Below, one piece after another: positions 9,670 to 19,138 of a DNA stretch of 64,000 nt. A program made the translations under genes and the position numbers. The stretch's first letter is position 1; each line of letters opens with the position of its first letter. The stretch comes from a bacterium (GTDB taxonomy: Bacteria > Desulfobacterota > Binatia > Binatales > Binataceae). Under the pieces are notes generated by a model. That model was not told the origin of the DNA. It did not search any database and saw only the letters and a program-made list of their open reading frames with translations. The stretch is from positions 16,435 to 80,434 of the forward strand of contig JADBKU010000014.1 of assembly GCA_014896235.1 (NCBI GenBank). The letters run 5' to 3'.

Positions 9670-10608
9670 TCAGGGTCGAAGAGTGCGAACGATCTGAATC
9701 AACGCCGGACCTACGATGATCATCAACATCGCCGGCAGCACGAACAGAACCAGCGGAAAGAGTATCTTGATCGTGGTTTTTTGCGCCGCTTCTTCGGCTC
9801 TCAGCCGGCGTCGCGTCCGTAGCGCGTCCGAACTGGCGCGCAGCGCCGGGGCGATTTGCGCGCCCAACTGTTCGCTCTGAATCAATGTGGCCGCGAGAGG
9901 CTTGATATCTTCGACCGCCGTGCGATCCGCGAGATTGCGCAGCGCCTGGCCAAGCGACGCGCCCGCGGAGATTTCGCTGGCCACCAGCGCCAGCTCCCGT
10001 CCAATCTCCTGCTTCTGCCGCTCGCTTTCCATGCCGACCACTTTGATCGCTTCGAACAGACCGAGACCCGCTTCAACGCATACCACGAGCAGGTCGAGAA
10101 TATCGGAAAGCTGCACGGCGATCGCATTCTGGCGGTTTCGCGCGCGCCGCCTGATATAGTACATCGGCGCATAAGCGCCGATGCCAACCGCGATCAGCAC
10201 ATAAAAAATCATGCCGCCGATCGTTTTGCCCATCAGCAGTCCGACCACGGCGGCGAGTATTCCGGCGGCGACCGCAGCCATCACGCGAAACACCTGAAAT
10301 GCGTGCGCGGCGCCGCTCCCGATAAATCCGGCTTGCGTCAGCGTATCGCTTAATTTTTCGCCAGCCGGAGTGTCCATGCGCGGGGCGGGCACTCGCGCCG
10401 CAGCCCACTTGAAAAGCAACCGGCCAAAGCTGTCGTCCACCGGATGGTCGTCATTGAAAACGCCCTGCGAAGCGCGAATCTTTACGGCCAAGTCGGCGAA
10501 GCGTTCTTCTATCACGCGATGCCCGCCATAAAGCGCGGCATAAATCGCCAACCCGCCGGCGCCGATCAGGCAAAATACGCTGATAGTGATAAACAGGGTC
10601 GATGTCAT
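9670..10608 (-). CDS. tadC: Flp pilus assembly inner-membrane protein TadC (T2SS F-family)
   Basis: 312 aa, N-terminal and C-terminal TM segments and a GspF-like cytoplasmic domain (..LSDILDLLVVCVEAGLGLFEAI..). Located downstream of tadB and cpaF. Confidence 0.85.
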   Translation of the reverse strand: MTSTLFITISVFCLIGAGGLAIYAALYGGHRVIEERFADLAVKIRASQGVFNDDHPVDDSFGRLLFKWAAARVPAPRMDTPAGEKLSDTLTQAGFIGSGAAHAFQVFRVMAAVAAGILAAVVGLLMGKTIGGMIFYVLIAVGIGAYAPMYYIRRRARNRQNAIAVQLSDILDLLVVCVEAGLGLFEAIKVVGMESERQKQEIGRELALVASEISAGASLGQALRNLADRTAVEDIKPLAATLIQSEQLGAQIAPALRASSDALRTRRRLRAEEAAQKTTIKILFPLVLFVLPAMLMIIVGPALIQIVRTLRP

Positions 10609-10631
10609 GTGCTGATTACCCTCCGACCCAT

Positions 10632-11582
10632 CTAGAATTTCACCTTAAGCAACCGGCGAATTGTAATGAAAGCCAATGCGTCGAAAACAATCGCCGTCTT
10701 CAAGATCTTCAGGCCCACCGGATCTTCGAAGAGCATTCGCGCATAGTCGGGATTAACCAGACTGAAGGCGGCCAGCACCACGATCGGCAGGAGGCCGACG
10801 ATCATTCCGCCCATCCGGGATTGCGCGGTCAGCGCTTTAACCTGCAGCCTCAGCCGCTGGCGCGTACGAACTATTTCAGCGAGTCTGCCGATGATCGCCG
10901 CGAGGCTCGAACCGACTTCATTCTGCACTTTGACCGCGACTACCAGGAGCCGAAGATCGTCTTCCGGCACGCGTTTCAGCATGTCCTCGAGCGCACGCGG
11001 CAGCGGCAGCCCGATGCGAGTCTGTTCCAAAACAGTACGGAATTCGCTGCCCAGTGGATCGCTGAATTCCTGCACGACGACCTGAAGCCCGCGATTAAGC
11101 GAGTGCCCGGCCTCAAGCGATGATTTCATCAGATCCAGCGCGAACGGAAGCTGCTGGCCAAAGGCGCGCATCCGTCTGGCGCGCCGAAATCGAATATAAA
11201 TCAAAGGAAGCGCGGCCAGCCCGACGCCGCAACCGAGGCCGAACAGCATGTCATGCCATATCGCCTGCCCCAGAAACAGTCCGGCGAGCATCATCAGCAG
11301 GACGATCAGCAGCATCTCGGACAACCGCATGTAGATGCCGGCCTGCCACATGTTCTCTTCAAGCCGCCGCAGCAAATTGAGCCGCGCCAGCACCGCCAAC
11401 AACTCGGAACGATCGCGCGGACGCTGTCTGCGGAGGATATCGACGTCCAACTCGTCGTCGGGACGCGCCATCCGCCGCAGCAAATTCTGCTTTTGTTCGG
11501 CATCGCCGCTGCGGGTGGTCAACAGCACCAGAGCGCCGATGAAGACCAGCGCGAATACTCCGGTCGTGATGAAAACATCCAT
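10632..11582 (-). CDS. tadB: Flp pilus assembly inner-membrane protein TadB (T2SS F-family)
   Basis: 316 aa, same architecture as tadC (..LPFALDLMKSSLEAGHSLNRGL..), immediately downstream of cpaF. Confidence 0.85.
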   Translation of the reverse strand: MDVFITTGVFALVFIGALVLLTTRSGDAEQKQNLLRRMARPDDELDVDILRRQRPRDRSELLAVLARLNLLRRLEENMWQAGIYMRLSEMLLIVLLMMLAGLFLGQAIWHDMLFGLGCGVGLAALPLIYIRFRRARRMRAFGQQLPFALDLMKSSLEAGHSLNRGLQVVVQEFSDPLGSEFRTVLEQTRIGLPLPRALEDMLKRVPEDDLRLLVVAVKVQNEVGSSLAAIIGRLAEIVRTRQRLRLQVKALTAQSRMGGMIVGLLPIVVLAAFSLVNPDYARMLFEDPVGLKILKTAIVFDALAFITIRRLLKVKF

Positions 11583-11586
11583 CGCC

Positions 11587-12954
11587 CTACCTCATGGTCG
11601 GCTGCATATCGAGCCGATATCCGGCCGCCGCGACACGGTCGGTGTAGGTCGAGCGAATACCGGTATGGCGAAACGTGCCGAGCACCTTGCCGCCCTGGCC
11701 GATTCCGGTCCGCTTGAACTCAAACAGGTCCTGCATCATCACGACGTCGCCTTCCATTCCCGTGATTTCCGAGATTTTCATGACTTTGCGCGAACCGTCG
11801 GAAAGACGCGACACGTGCACCACCATGTTGAGCGCCGACGCGATCTGCTGGCGCATCGCGCGCTGCGGTATCGACGCCCCCGACAACAGCATCATCATTT
11901 CAAGGCGCTGGAGCGCGTCGCGCGGCGTGTTCGCGTGAACGGTCGCGATCGAGCCGTCGTGGCCGGTCGACATCGCTTGCAGCATGTCGAACACCTCGCC
12001 GCCGCGAACTTCGCCGACGATGATCCGGTCGGGCCGCATGCGCAGACAGTTTTTGACAAGCTCGCGCTGCGTCACTTCGCCCTTGCCCTCAACGTTGGGC
12101 GGGCGCGTTTCCAGCCGGACCACATGCGGCTGTTGCAAAACCAGTTCGGCCGAGTCCTCGATCGTCACGATTCGCTCGTCCACCGGGATGAACGACGACA
12201 TGCAATTCAGCATGGTCGTCTTGCCGGATCCGGTGCCCCCGCAGACCAGCACATTCAGCCGGGCCTTGACGATCGCCTGCAGGAATTCGACCGCGTCGGC
12301 CGTGATAGTCTCCTTGTCGATCAAATCGTCGATCGTATAGCGCTTCTTGCCAAATCGCCGAATCGAGAGCGACGGCCCGTCGAGCGCGAGCGGCGGGATG
12401 ATCGCATTGATGCGCGAGCCGTCAGCCAGGCGCGCGTCGACCATCGGCGACGCCTCATCGACGCGGCGGCCGACCTGCGAAACGATTCGGTCGATGATCA
12501 ACATCAGATGCTGATCGTCGGTGAAACGGACGTCGGTCAGGTAAAGCTTGCCTTGGCGCTCGACATACACCTGGTTCGGTCCGTTGACGAGAATATCGCT
12601 CACGTCGTCGTCCCACAAAAGCGGTTCCAGCGGCCCCAGCCCGAGGAGTTCATTCTTGATTTCCTCGACCAGGCGGGCGCGGTCGGCGTCGGTCAGCAGG
12701 CGGCCTTCTTCATTCAGGATATCGGTGATCGCCTGCGTCACCTTGCTCGACGCCATATTCTGTTCAAGGCTTTCAAGGCGGGAGACGTCCAAAGTCTCGA
12801 AGAGCCGGTTGTGGACGGCGAGCTTGAGTTGCTGGAACCCATCGGCCATCGTGTCGCGCTGTTTGCGCTGGGCGTTGCCGATCAGCGAGGTGCGCACCGG
12901 CGTCTGAGCCGCGGCTTGCGCGGTCTGCGAGGTGATCCGTTCGACCAATTTCAT
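11587..12954 (-). CDS. cpaF: Flp pilus assembly ATPase CpaF/TadA
   Basis: Walker [15 protein letters not shown], Asp/His boxes (TIEDSAEL.., [14 protein letters not shown].., [12 protein letters not shown]); 455 aa. Confidence 0.95.
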   Translation of the reverse strand: MKLVERITSQTAQAAAQTPVRTSLIGNAQRKQRDTMADGFQQLKLAVHNRLFETLDVSRLESLEQNMASSKVTQAITDILNEEGRLLTDADRARLVEEIKNELLGLGPLEPLLWDDDVSDILVNGPNQVYVERQGKLYLTDVRFTDDQHLMLIIDRIVSQVGRRVDEASPMVDARLADGSRINAIIPPLALDGPSLSIRRFGKKRYTIDDLIDKETITADAVEFLQAIVKARLNVLVCGGTGSGKTTMLNCMSSFIPVDERIVTIEDSAELVLQQPHVVRLETRPPNVEGKGEVTQRELVKNCLRMRPDRIIVGEVRGGEVFDMLQAMSTGHDGSIATVHANTPRDALQRLEMMMLLSGASIPQRAMRQQIASALNMVVHVSRLSDGSRKVMKISEITGMEGDVVMMQDLFEFKRTGIGQGGKVLGTFRHTGIRSTYTDRVAAAGYRLDMQPTMR

Positions 12955-12964
12955 CGCTTATACC

Positions 12965-14188
12965 TCAGGAGCGTCCGCCGAACGCCGATATCAGGCGCGA
13001 CATCAGTCCGCCGGCGGATTCCTCCGAAACTTCGTTGCCGCTCGCGAGCCGCCGCGCCAGGTCCTCAATCGATCGCGCCAGGATCGATCCTTGTCCGACC
13101 TGCCACAAGTCCGTGGCCCGCAGTTGCGCACGCTCGAGCACCTTTTCGTCGCGTGGAATCTTCGCGAAGATCGGGCGCGCGAGCGTATGCGTAATCTGTT
13201 CTTCACTGATTGGATGATGAGGCTGATAGCGGCTCAGGAGGAAATTCGGCTCGATTCCGGAAAGGCCAAGCCGGGCGAACAAATCGATAAACCGCCACGC
13301 GCATCTTGCCGCCGCGATCGATTGGTCGAGCAGATAGAAAAGATGGTCCGAACGCTCCCATGCCGCCACCGCGTTCTCGTCGATGTAACCGCCGCAATCG
13401 ACCACCACGAAATCAAACAACTGCCGCATCAACTCCAGCGCGGCGCCGACCGTGCGGTCCGACACCAACTCGCTGTCCTCGATGCGTTTGGGCGCGGCCA
13501 GAAGGTAGACTCCGGAAGGATGCTTGGTCAGCACGCTCTCAAGCTGAATTGAATCCAGCCGGCGGTCCGATTCCGCCAACTGCATGATCGTGCGCTCGGG
13601 TTCAAGATTCAGAAAAACGGCCAAACCGCCGGTCTGCAAATCGAGATCGACGGTCGCCACGCGTTTGTTGAGCGTGTAGCGGAGCGCCAGCGCCAGATTG
13701 GCCACGAGGCTGGTGACGCCGACGCCGCCTACCGTGCTCACCATCGAGACGATCACGCCGCCGGTTTCGCGCTCGGCGCGGCGGCGGGTCTCGCTGATTT
13801 TGAGCAGCGCGCGCGTGGCGTCGCCCGGATCGAGCGGCAGAAAGAGCAGCTCGTCGGCGCCGGCGCGCAGAATCCGGCGCATCAGGACCGGCGATCGCTC
13901 CTGCGCCAAAGCGAACAGCACCGGCCGGTTCGGCGCCTCGGATTGCGCCTGCATCAGATTCAGCGCAATTTCCTCGTTGCCGCCGTCGAACAGAATCATC
14001 ACCACGTCAAACGGCGGACCGCCGTTTGAACCGTTGCCGCTGGGAGTCGACTCGCTTATATCGAGCGGCGGGTCGCCCAAGGCGGCGAGCGCCAGCCGCA
14101 CTTCGGTGCGACGTTCCTCGGCCTCGCCAATAAGCAACACCCTGAGCGCGCCATGTTTAGCGTCGTTTTTTGCGCCTAACACTGACAC
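12965..14188 (-). CDS. cpaE: CpaE/TadZ-type pilus localisation protein (receiver-like N-domain plus MinD/ParA-like domain)
   Basis: REC-like N-terminus (LRVLLIGEAEE..VVMILFDG..), then the P-loop region VSMVSTVGGVGVTSLVANLALAL and DLDLQTGG. Located between cpaC and cpaF. Confidence 0.85.
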   Translation of the reverse strand: MSVLGAKNDAKHGALRVLLIGEAEERRTEVRLALAALGDPPLDISESTPSGNGSNGGPPFDVVMILFDGGNEEIALNLMQAQSEAPNRPVLFALAQERSPVLMRRILRAGADELLFLPLDPGDATRALLKISETRRRAERETGGVIVSMVSTVGGVGVTSLVANLALALRYTLNKRVATVDLDLQTGGLAVFLNLEPERTIMQLAESDRRLDSIQLESVLTKHPSGVYLLAAPKRIEDSELVSDRTVGAALELMRQLFDFVVVDCGGYIDENAVAAWERSDHLFYLLDQSIAAARCAWRFIDLFARLGLSGIEPNFLLSRYQPHHPISEEQITHTLARPIFAKIPRDEKVLERAQLRATDLWQVGQGSILARSIEDLARRLASGNEVSEESAGGLMSRLISAFGGRS

Positions 14189-14220
14189 CTATAGGCTCCC
14201 ACCGCCGGCCTCGCACCTAG

Positions 14221-16212
14221 TTAAAAGCGCGGCCGGCTCGCATCGACAGGATAAATCGACCGCGTACGGATTTCCGATGGCGACAGCGGTCCGCGATTGG
14301 TCGGCAGCGCCACCTGTCCGTAGTTCGGCAGCGGCCCGACGATTTGCGGCGTCACGCTCATCACCAAGTCCGTCATCGCCTCCTGATATGAAGTGCTCTT
14401 GAAGAGCAGGCCCAGATACGGAATGTCGCCCAAGTAAGGGGTCTTCGTGACCTCCGAGGTTTTTGTACGGAGCAGCAGGCCGGCGATGATCAGGGTCTGA
14501 TTGTTCTTCAGACGCACGTAGGTATCGGCTTTTCTCGTCACGAACGCGGGCACCGTGAATCCGAAAAGGTTGACGCCATGGGCGTAGTCGGGCTGTGAAA
14601 CTTCCGGCTTCACCTCCAAACCTATATCATCCGCACCGATCACCGTAGGCACAAAGATTACCGAGGTGCCGAACTGTTTGAAAACGATCGAGGTGTTCAG
14701 CGCCTGTGAAATCACGATCGGAATCTCGCCGCCCGAGAGAAATTCCGCCTGTTCTCCTGAATTTGCCAGCAGATGCGGCTCGGCGAGTATCTTTGCGAGA
14801 TTGTGCTGTTCCAGCGCCTCGAAAAAGGTCTGGGTCTGCACATTGGTGTTTCCGGCCGCCAAACCGTAATTGACGTTGGGCGAGAGCAGCAGCGGAATCA
14901 GCGAGCCTTGCGGCGGCAAGGTCCCGGCAGCCGTAGTGTTGATTACTGTCGCATTGGGCAATCCTGCGCCAAATATCTCGGGCGGCGTGAGCGCGCTGCT
15001 GGCGGTGTATTGAGTCGCCACATTAGCGCCCAGTCCGACCAGCGAAACGTTGTAGTTCGGCAACGCAAAAGACCAGTTGATGCCGGCCCCTTCCAGGCGG
15101 CTGCGGTTCAACTCGGCGACGATTACGTTCAGCATCACCTGCTGCCGCCCGTGCCGGTCCACGCGCACCTGGCGCTCCTCATAAACGCCGCGATTGTCCC
15201 AAATCGCCAGCGTTGTGAAGCCCTCTTTGTGGCCGATCAAATTGATCTGATAGGGGTTGATCACCTGGATATCGGCGACCTCGGTATCAGCAATCGAAAT
15301 TCTCCGTATCCGTCGGGGGAAATCGAAAATGCGAGACGTCCCGGAAGCCAGGTCAACCACATCATTGGGAAGAAAATGCGTGCCGCCGGTCACCGACTCG
15401 CTTCGCGGCTGAACCAGCGGATTTGATTTGAAATTCTGCAGGGGACCTTGCATCGGCGTCGTTGGAATCGATTGACTCGGCATCAACGATCCGCTGCCCA
15501 TGCTGTCGTGAGTATAAGTCGGCGACGGCACGCTCGACACAGGCGGCAAACTCGATCCGTTCGCGGCCGCGACGACGGGACCCGCGTTTGGCGCCGGAAC
15601 CGCCGGAGCCGACGTTCCGGATACGGGCGGAAGCGTTGCGCCGCCCGTACTCGACGCCAAAACCGGCTCGGCCGACGAACCGCCGGCCACCACCGGACTT
15701 GCCGAACCCACGAAACCCTCGGAGACCGGAACGGCTCCGGTAGCGACGGGACCGCTGCCGGGATCGAGCGACGCCTTCGCCACGGGCTTGACCGGGCTGG
15801 CCGCCACGCCGGCGTCGGTCGCGGAGGATGCAGCCGTTGCGTCCTTTAACGATCCGGCTTCCGCGTCCGGCGCGGAGTTGACCGCGACATCGTAGGTCAC
15901 TTTTTTACCGGCCGCCGTCTCTACATCGACTTTCCATTCGCCGGATTCGGCGCCGGTTAAAACCAGCTCGCCGGGTTTGGTCGAATGAACCAGCAGCGCG
16001 CCCGGATTATCTTCGACGTGGACGGCGGGCGTGGAATCGAGCTTCAAGCCCTTGATTACAAAACTCTCGCCGGATTTCAGCGCCAGCGGCACTTCGCCCG
16101 AAGCGCCGTCAGTCGCGGCTCCGGAAGCCGCCGCAACGCTCAACAACAAGCCGATCGCCAAACCGACGCCGAACAGAACCCGCCGACCAAAATGATCTTT
16201 GAAAGCGTTCAT
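14221..16212 (-). CDS. cpaC: Flp pilus secretin CpaC/RcpA with a long low-complexity linker
   Basis: I chose the ATG at 16212 (GGAG RBS; signal-like MNAFKDHFGRRVLFGVGLAIGLLLSVAAASGAA). Pilus N-domain RIRRISIADTEVADIQVINPYQINLIGHKEGFTTLAIWD and secretin core (..FLSGGEIPIV..TPYLGDIPYLGLLFKS..). Confidence 0.9.
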   Translation of the reverse strand: MNAFKDHFGRRVLFGVGLAIGLLLSVAAASGAATDGASGEVPLALKSGESFVIKGLKLDSTPAVHVEDNPGALLVHSTKPGELVLTGAESGEWKVDVETAAGKKVTYDVAVNSAPDAEAGSLKDATAASSATDAGVAASPVKPVAKASLDPGSGPVATGAVPVSEGFVGSASPVVAGGSSAEPVLASSTGGATLPPVSGTSAPAVPAPNAGPVVAAANGSSLPPVSSVPSPTYTHDSMGSGSLMPSQSIPTTPMQGPLQNFKSNPLVQPRSESVTGGTHFLPNDVVDLASGTSRIFDFPRRIRRISIADTEVADIQVINPYQINLIGHKEGFTTLAIWDNRGVYEERQVRVDRHGRQQVMLNVIVAELNRSRLEGAGINWSFALPNYNVSLVGLGANVATQYTASSALTPPEIFGAGLPNATVINTTAAGTLPPQGSLIPLLLSPNVNYGLAAGNTNVQTQTFFEALEQHNLAKILAEPHLLANSGEQAEFLSGGEIPIVISQALNTSIVFKQFGTSVIFVPTVIGADDIGLEVKPEVSQPDYAHGVNLFGFTVPAFVTRKADTYVRLKNNQTLIIAGLLLRTKTSEVTKTPYLGDIPYLGLLFKSTSYQEAMTDLVMSVTPQIVGPLPNYGQVALPTNRGPLSPSEIRTRSIYPVDASRPRF

Positions 16213-16234
16213 CTCCACCCCCCTGGCCCCTGCG

Positions 16235-16603
16235 TCACGGTACATCAATCGTCTTCGAGTGCGGGCCCGTATAACCCGCGGACGCGCTGGATGGCGCGCC
16301 CGGCGCAGCGCCGCCCGCCCCCGGCGCGCCAATCATCACCGGTTCGCCCGCTCCCACCATGCCAAGACCGGTTGTACGGTTGCTCGCCGTCGCCATCGCC
16401 GGTGCAGCCGGCGCCGCTGCAATTCTATCGTCCCCGGGATGCCCGGAAAATTTGTCGCCCATTTCATTGAGCGCGGCTTTATCGTGCGCATCGATCGCCG
16501 ATGATTCGCCGCCCGGCGCCGCTGGTGCGCTGGTCGTACCGGACGAGCCGCCAGGCGTCCGAACGAAGGAAACGGATTCGCTGGAGGTGCCGTTACGCAG
16601 CAC
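16235..16603 (-). CDS. Ala/Pro/Gly-rich ORF. It is either the displaced C-terminal part of CpaB (+1 frame) or a separate coupled small gene
   Basis: This frame is open from about 16700 and reads ..RQLLGAAPAASTVTPAQHIVLYRPRPKPKPVTVEVLRNGTSSESVSFV.. before the low-complexity tail. It stops 22 nt before the cpaC ATG. Confidence 0.3.
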   Translation of the reverse strand: MLRNGTSSESVSFVRTPGGSSGTTSAPAAPGGESSAIDAHDKAALNEMGDKFSGHPGDDRIAAAPAAPAMATASNRTTGLGMVGAGEPVMIGAPGAGGAAPGAPSSASAGYTGPHSKTIDVP

Positions 16604-16604
16604 C

Positions 16605-17384
16605 TCAACCGTAACTGGCTTCGGTTTCGGCCGCGGCCGATAGAGAACAATATGCTGGGCGGGCGTAACTGTAGACGCCGCCGGGGCCGCGCCGAGAAGT
16701 TGCCGTATTGATTCCGGACGTCATCACCGTCTTGTTGTCCTGATAGTTCCGCATCGCAAGCCGCAGGGCGCCTTCATGGCTCGCAAGCGTCAGACGTTCG
16801 GCTTGATCCGGCGAAACCAGCATCGTCACCACACGTACCGGCTTCGGCTTGTCGTTGACGTTTTCGATTTCCTGCGCGATCGCCAGCACCTGAACATCCT
16901 GGAGCACGATCTTCGAGAGTTGCTCAGAGCCGTTGGCGATCGAAACAAGCACATCGACGTGCGTGTTCGGCAAGACGAAGCCAGCAATATCGCTTACCTC
17001 GTCCACCGGCACCGAAATCGCCCGCATCCCCATCGGAATCAAGAGCGGAAGGACGCCGGCGTTTTTCGCGCCGCTGAAAAGGCGCGAAGCGACAATCGGT
17101 TCGTTCTCGACGAAGCTTGTTTTGGTGAACTGGCCGATCAGGGGCGCGACCGTGGTAAACGCCCCGGGCGGCATCGCCTCGCGCGCCCATCGGACGGTTT
17201 TGAGCGCGCCGGGATCGAGCTTGGTGCCGATACCGAGATCGTGCGCCGCGACCACCACATCGACCGACTGGACCATCGCCTGCCTGACTTCGGCCTCGCG
17301 CCTCTTTAGCGCCGAATAGACCATTAGTGCCGCAACCAGCGCGGCAAACCCAGCCAACAAGACAAAAACTATAGGCCTTCGCAT
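16605..17384 (-). CDS. cpaB: Flp pilus assembly protein CpaB/RcpC (possibly frameshifted near its 3' end)
   Basis: N-terminal TM (MRRPIVFVLLAGFAALVAALMVYSAL), SAF-like segment (VVVAAHDLGIGTKL..) and RcpC-like domain (..VDVLVSI..VLQDVQVLAI..). RBS GGAGGGGGG. Confidence 0.85.
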   Translation of the reverse strand: MRRPIVFVLLAGFAALVAALMVYSALKRREAEVRQAMVQSVDVVVAAHDLGIGTKLDPGALKTVRWAREAMPPGAFTTVAPLIGQFTKTSFVENEPIVASRLFSGAKNAGVLPLLIPMGMRAISVPVDEVSDIAGFVLPNTHVDVLVSIANGSEQLSKIVLQDVQVLAIAQEIENVNDKPKPVRVVTMLVSPDQAERLTLASHEGALRLAMRNYQDNKTVMTSGINTATSRRGPGGVYSYARPAYCSLSAAAETEASYG

Positions 17385-17449
17385 GTTTCCCCCCTCCGAC
17401 CGCAGCTCCCTCGCCGGGCGTTTTCAGGCAAGCTCAATCATCAAGCCGC

Positions 17450-18049
17450 TCATTCGGCCATCGCCGTTTCGGTGCTACTGAGCGTCTGAAGCGATTTGAA
17501 CGACACTCCGAAAAACGATTGCCCCAGAAACAGGATATTACCTTTTGTCACGTTAAATGTAACGTTAACCGTCACCGGCGTTCCGAAGGTGCGCTGCGGC
17601 GGCGTCGGCGTCGCCGAGCAACTCGTAAATGACGGCTGGGATGACGCCCCACAGGCTGAGGTCGCGCCACTATAAGTGGTCAGTGTCTGCCCGTTGGTCG
17701 AATCAGCGATTTTTATGGTTAAAGCCGAGCCGCAACTCGACGGCGTCGTTACGGTAGGCGAGCCAATGTAATACATGTAAGAGGCGACTTCATCGCCCGT
17801 TGCACAGGCTTCGACCGCGGCAAACCGCGCCCCTTGATAATTCATCTGGCCGAGCGATAGAGCGGCTTCGCCAATCAACGCGAGTTGAATTGCGACAAAA
17901 AGCACAATCATCGCGACCGACAACACCAACGCGAATTCGACGGCGGCTTGGCCTCCAAATTTCTCAGCCACCCTCCCAAGCCACAACTTGACGGTCCTGG
18001 ATTTGGGTTCTGCAATTTTTGCGTTTCTGGACATTGCCTCAGCCCTCAA
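17450..18049 (-). CDS. TadE-like pseudopilin
   Basis: The prepilin-like motif G|QAAVEFALVLSVAMIVLFVAIQLAL follows a basic leader. The C-terminal region is Ser/Thr/Cys-rich. The start is uncertain (18049 or ATG 18034). Confidence 0.75.
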   Translation of the reverse strand: MRAEAMSRNAKIAEPKSRTVKLWLGRVAEKFGGQAAVEFALVLSVAMIVLFVAIQLALIGEAALSLGQMNYQGARFAAVEACATGDEVASYMYYIGSPTVTTPSSCGSALTIKIADSTNGQTLTTYSGATSACGASSQPSFTSCSATPTPPQRTFGTPVTVNVTFNVTKGNILFLGQSFFGVSFKSLQTLSSTETAMAE

Positions 18050-18285
18050 AACGCCGCCCTCGTCCTCGGAAGATTTCCATTCATGTGAGGGCGCTTTGAC
18101 CTCTAAAATTCTTCATGCTCGAAGCCAGACCAACAACTCGCAAGTTTGTGTGTCACCAAATATGCGCCGTGAAGCGGACATGATTCGGACGATTTTTCTC
18201 TATCAGGTCGACTTGCCGATTGAGCACAGTTTTCCGATTTATCACTTGCTAACTGGATACGCCAGATGGCCCACGGCTCAATAGC

Positions 18286-18486
18286 TCAAGATCCCGTAAG
18301 ATCTCCAGCTATAATCGTCCATATCACCATGTTGTTCACATCACCGCCCATGGTGTGATAAGCGACATAGACCACGGCGGCGACGGCCGCTAATATCAGA
18401 GCATATTCAGCCATCGTTTGCGCGCGGCGCAGCGCGACGATTCTTTCTTTGCCGCGCAAATAGATGGCGCGCAATCTCGCGATCAT
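18286..18486 (-). CDS. flp: Flp-family pilin paralogue (flp-2) with Ala at the -1 processing position
   Basis: MIARLRAIYLRGKERIVALRRA|QTMAEYALILAAVAAVVYVAY..; the ATG at 18486 is preceded by GGAGTGAGGGCGGA; 66 aa. Confidence 0.7.
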   Translation of the reverse strand: MIARLRAIYLRGKERIVALRRAQTMAEYALILAAVAAVVYVAYHTMGGDVNNMVIWTIIAGDLTGS

Positions 18487-19089
18487 TCCGCCCTCACTCC
18501 GGTCAGCGCGATTCGATTCGGGCTCCATCGTCTTTCTTTTCTCCAGAAACCTGATCGCGATTCGCGCGCTATCACCAAAAAGCGGCAAATTTCGCTATTC
18601 TTCGTCAAATACGGCACGCAATTTTATCGAAATATAAATCAAATGATGCGACCTAAAGCTTTGTTTGCAGCTTAACCGCGCTCGCAGGCGGCGTCAATTC
18701 AATTTATCGTACCGTATTTGAAGAAACCTTCTTCCTAATTTAGCGCCCGCTACATGCCTGTCGCGACCGATGGGTTTTGTTTGCGGTCGTCGCGCAAGCC
18801 ATCCAATGCGACAAAGATCGCAGCCGAACCCGTTCGGAGCAATTTTTGGACCACGACCGCGAATTTTCTTCCATCGCCTATGCTTGGCTTTTCAGGTAAC
18901 CGCGAATCCTCCCCACTTGTTCGGCTGTAGCACGATTGCAACCTCGAACACTCGCTTTGCCGATCGTGTATCCGGCCCAACGCTACTGGCCGAAACCCGC
19001 CAAGTATTCCAATTAAATGCTAAGATTTTCGCTACAGCCGGACGCGGGTTAAAAGGGTGACGCCGGAGCGCCAAGTCTGAAATCGATCG

Positions 19090-19130
19090 AAAGAAATACG
19101 AGCGGTTCGCGGGAGCGCCGCGAACCGCTC
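19090..19130 (-). terminator. Rho-independent terminator directly after flp-1
   Basis: Perfect 12-bp stem GAGCGGTTCGCG / CGCGAACCGCTC (19100-19111 / 19119-19130) with a 7-nt loop, followed on the minus strand by GTATTTCTTTCG. Confidence 0.6.
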
Positions 19131-19138
19131 GGTTCAGG

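Noticed and set aside
18662-18671. The 10-mer TGTTTGCAGC is shared between the regions upstream of flp-2 (18662-18671) and flp-1 (19419-19428)
   Set aside because: The distances to the two start codons differ (about 180 versus 90 nt). A single shared 10-mer between two 250-nt AT-richer regions has a non-negligible chance probability. I noted it only as a possible half-site.
18589-19089. A 500-nt gap between the flp-1 terminator and flp-2 with moderate GC; considered as a possible ncRNA or a degraded third pilin or peptidase gene
   Set aside because: The listed ORFs there (18750-18980, 18770-19060, 18892-19074) have no pilin or peptidase motifs. I could not identify a convincing structured RNA or promoter by eye.
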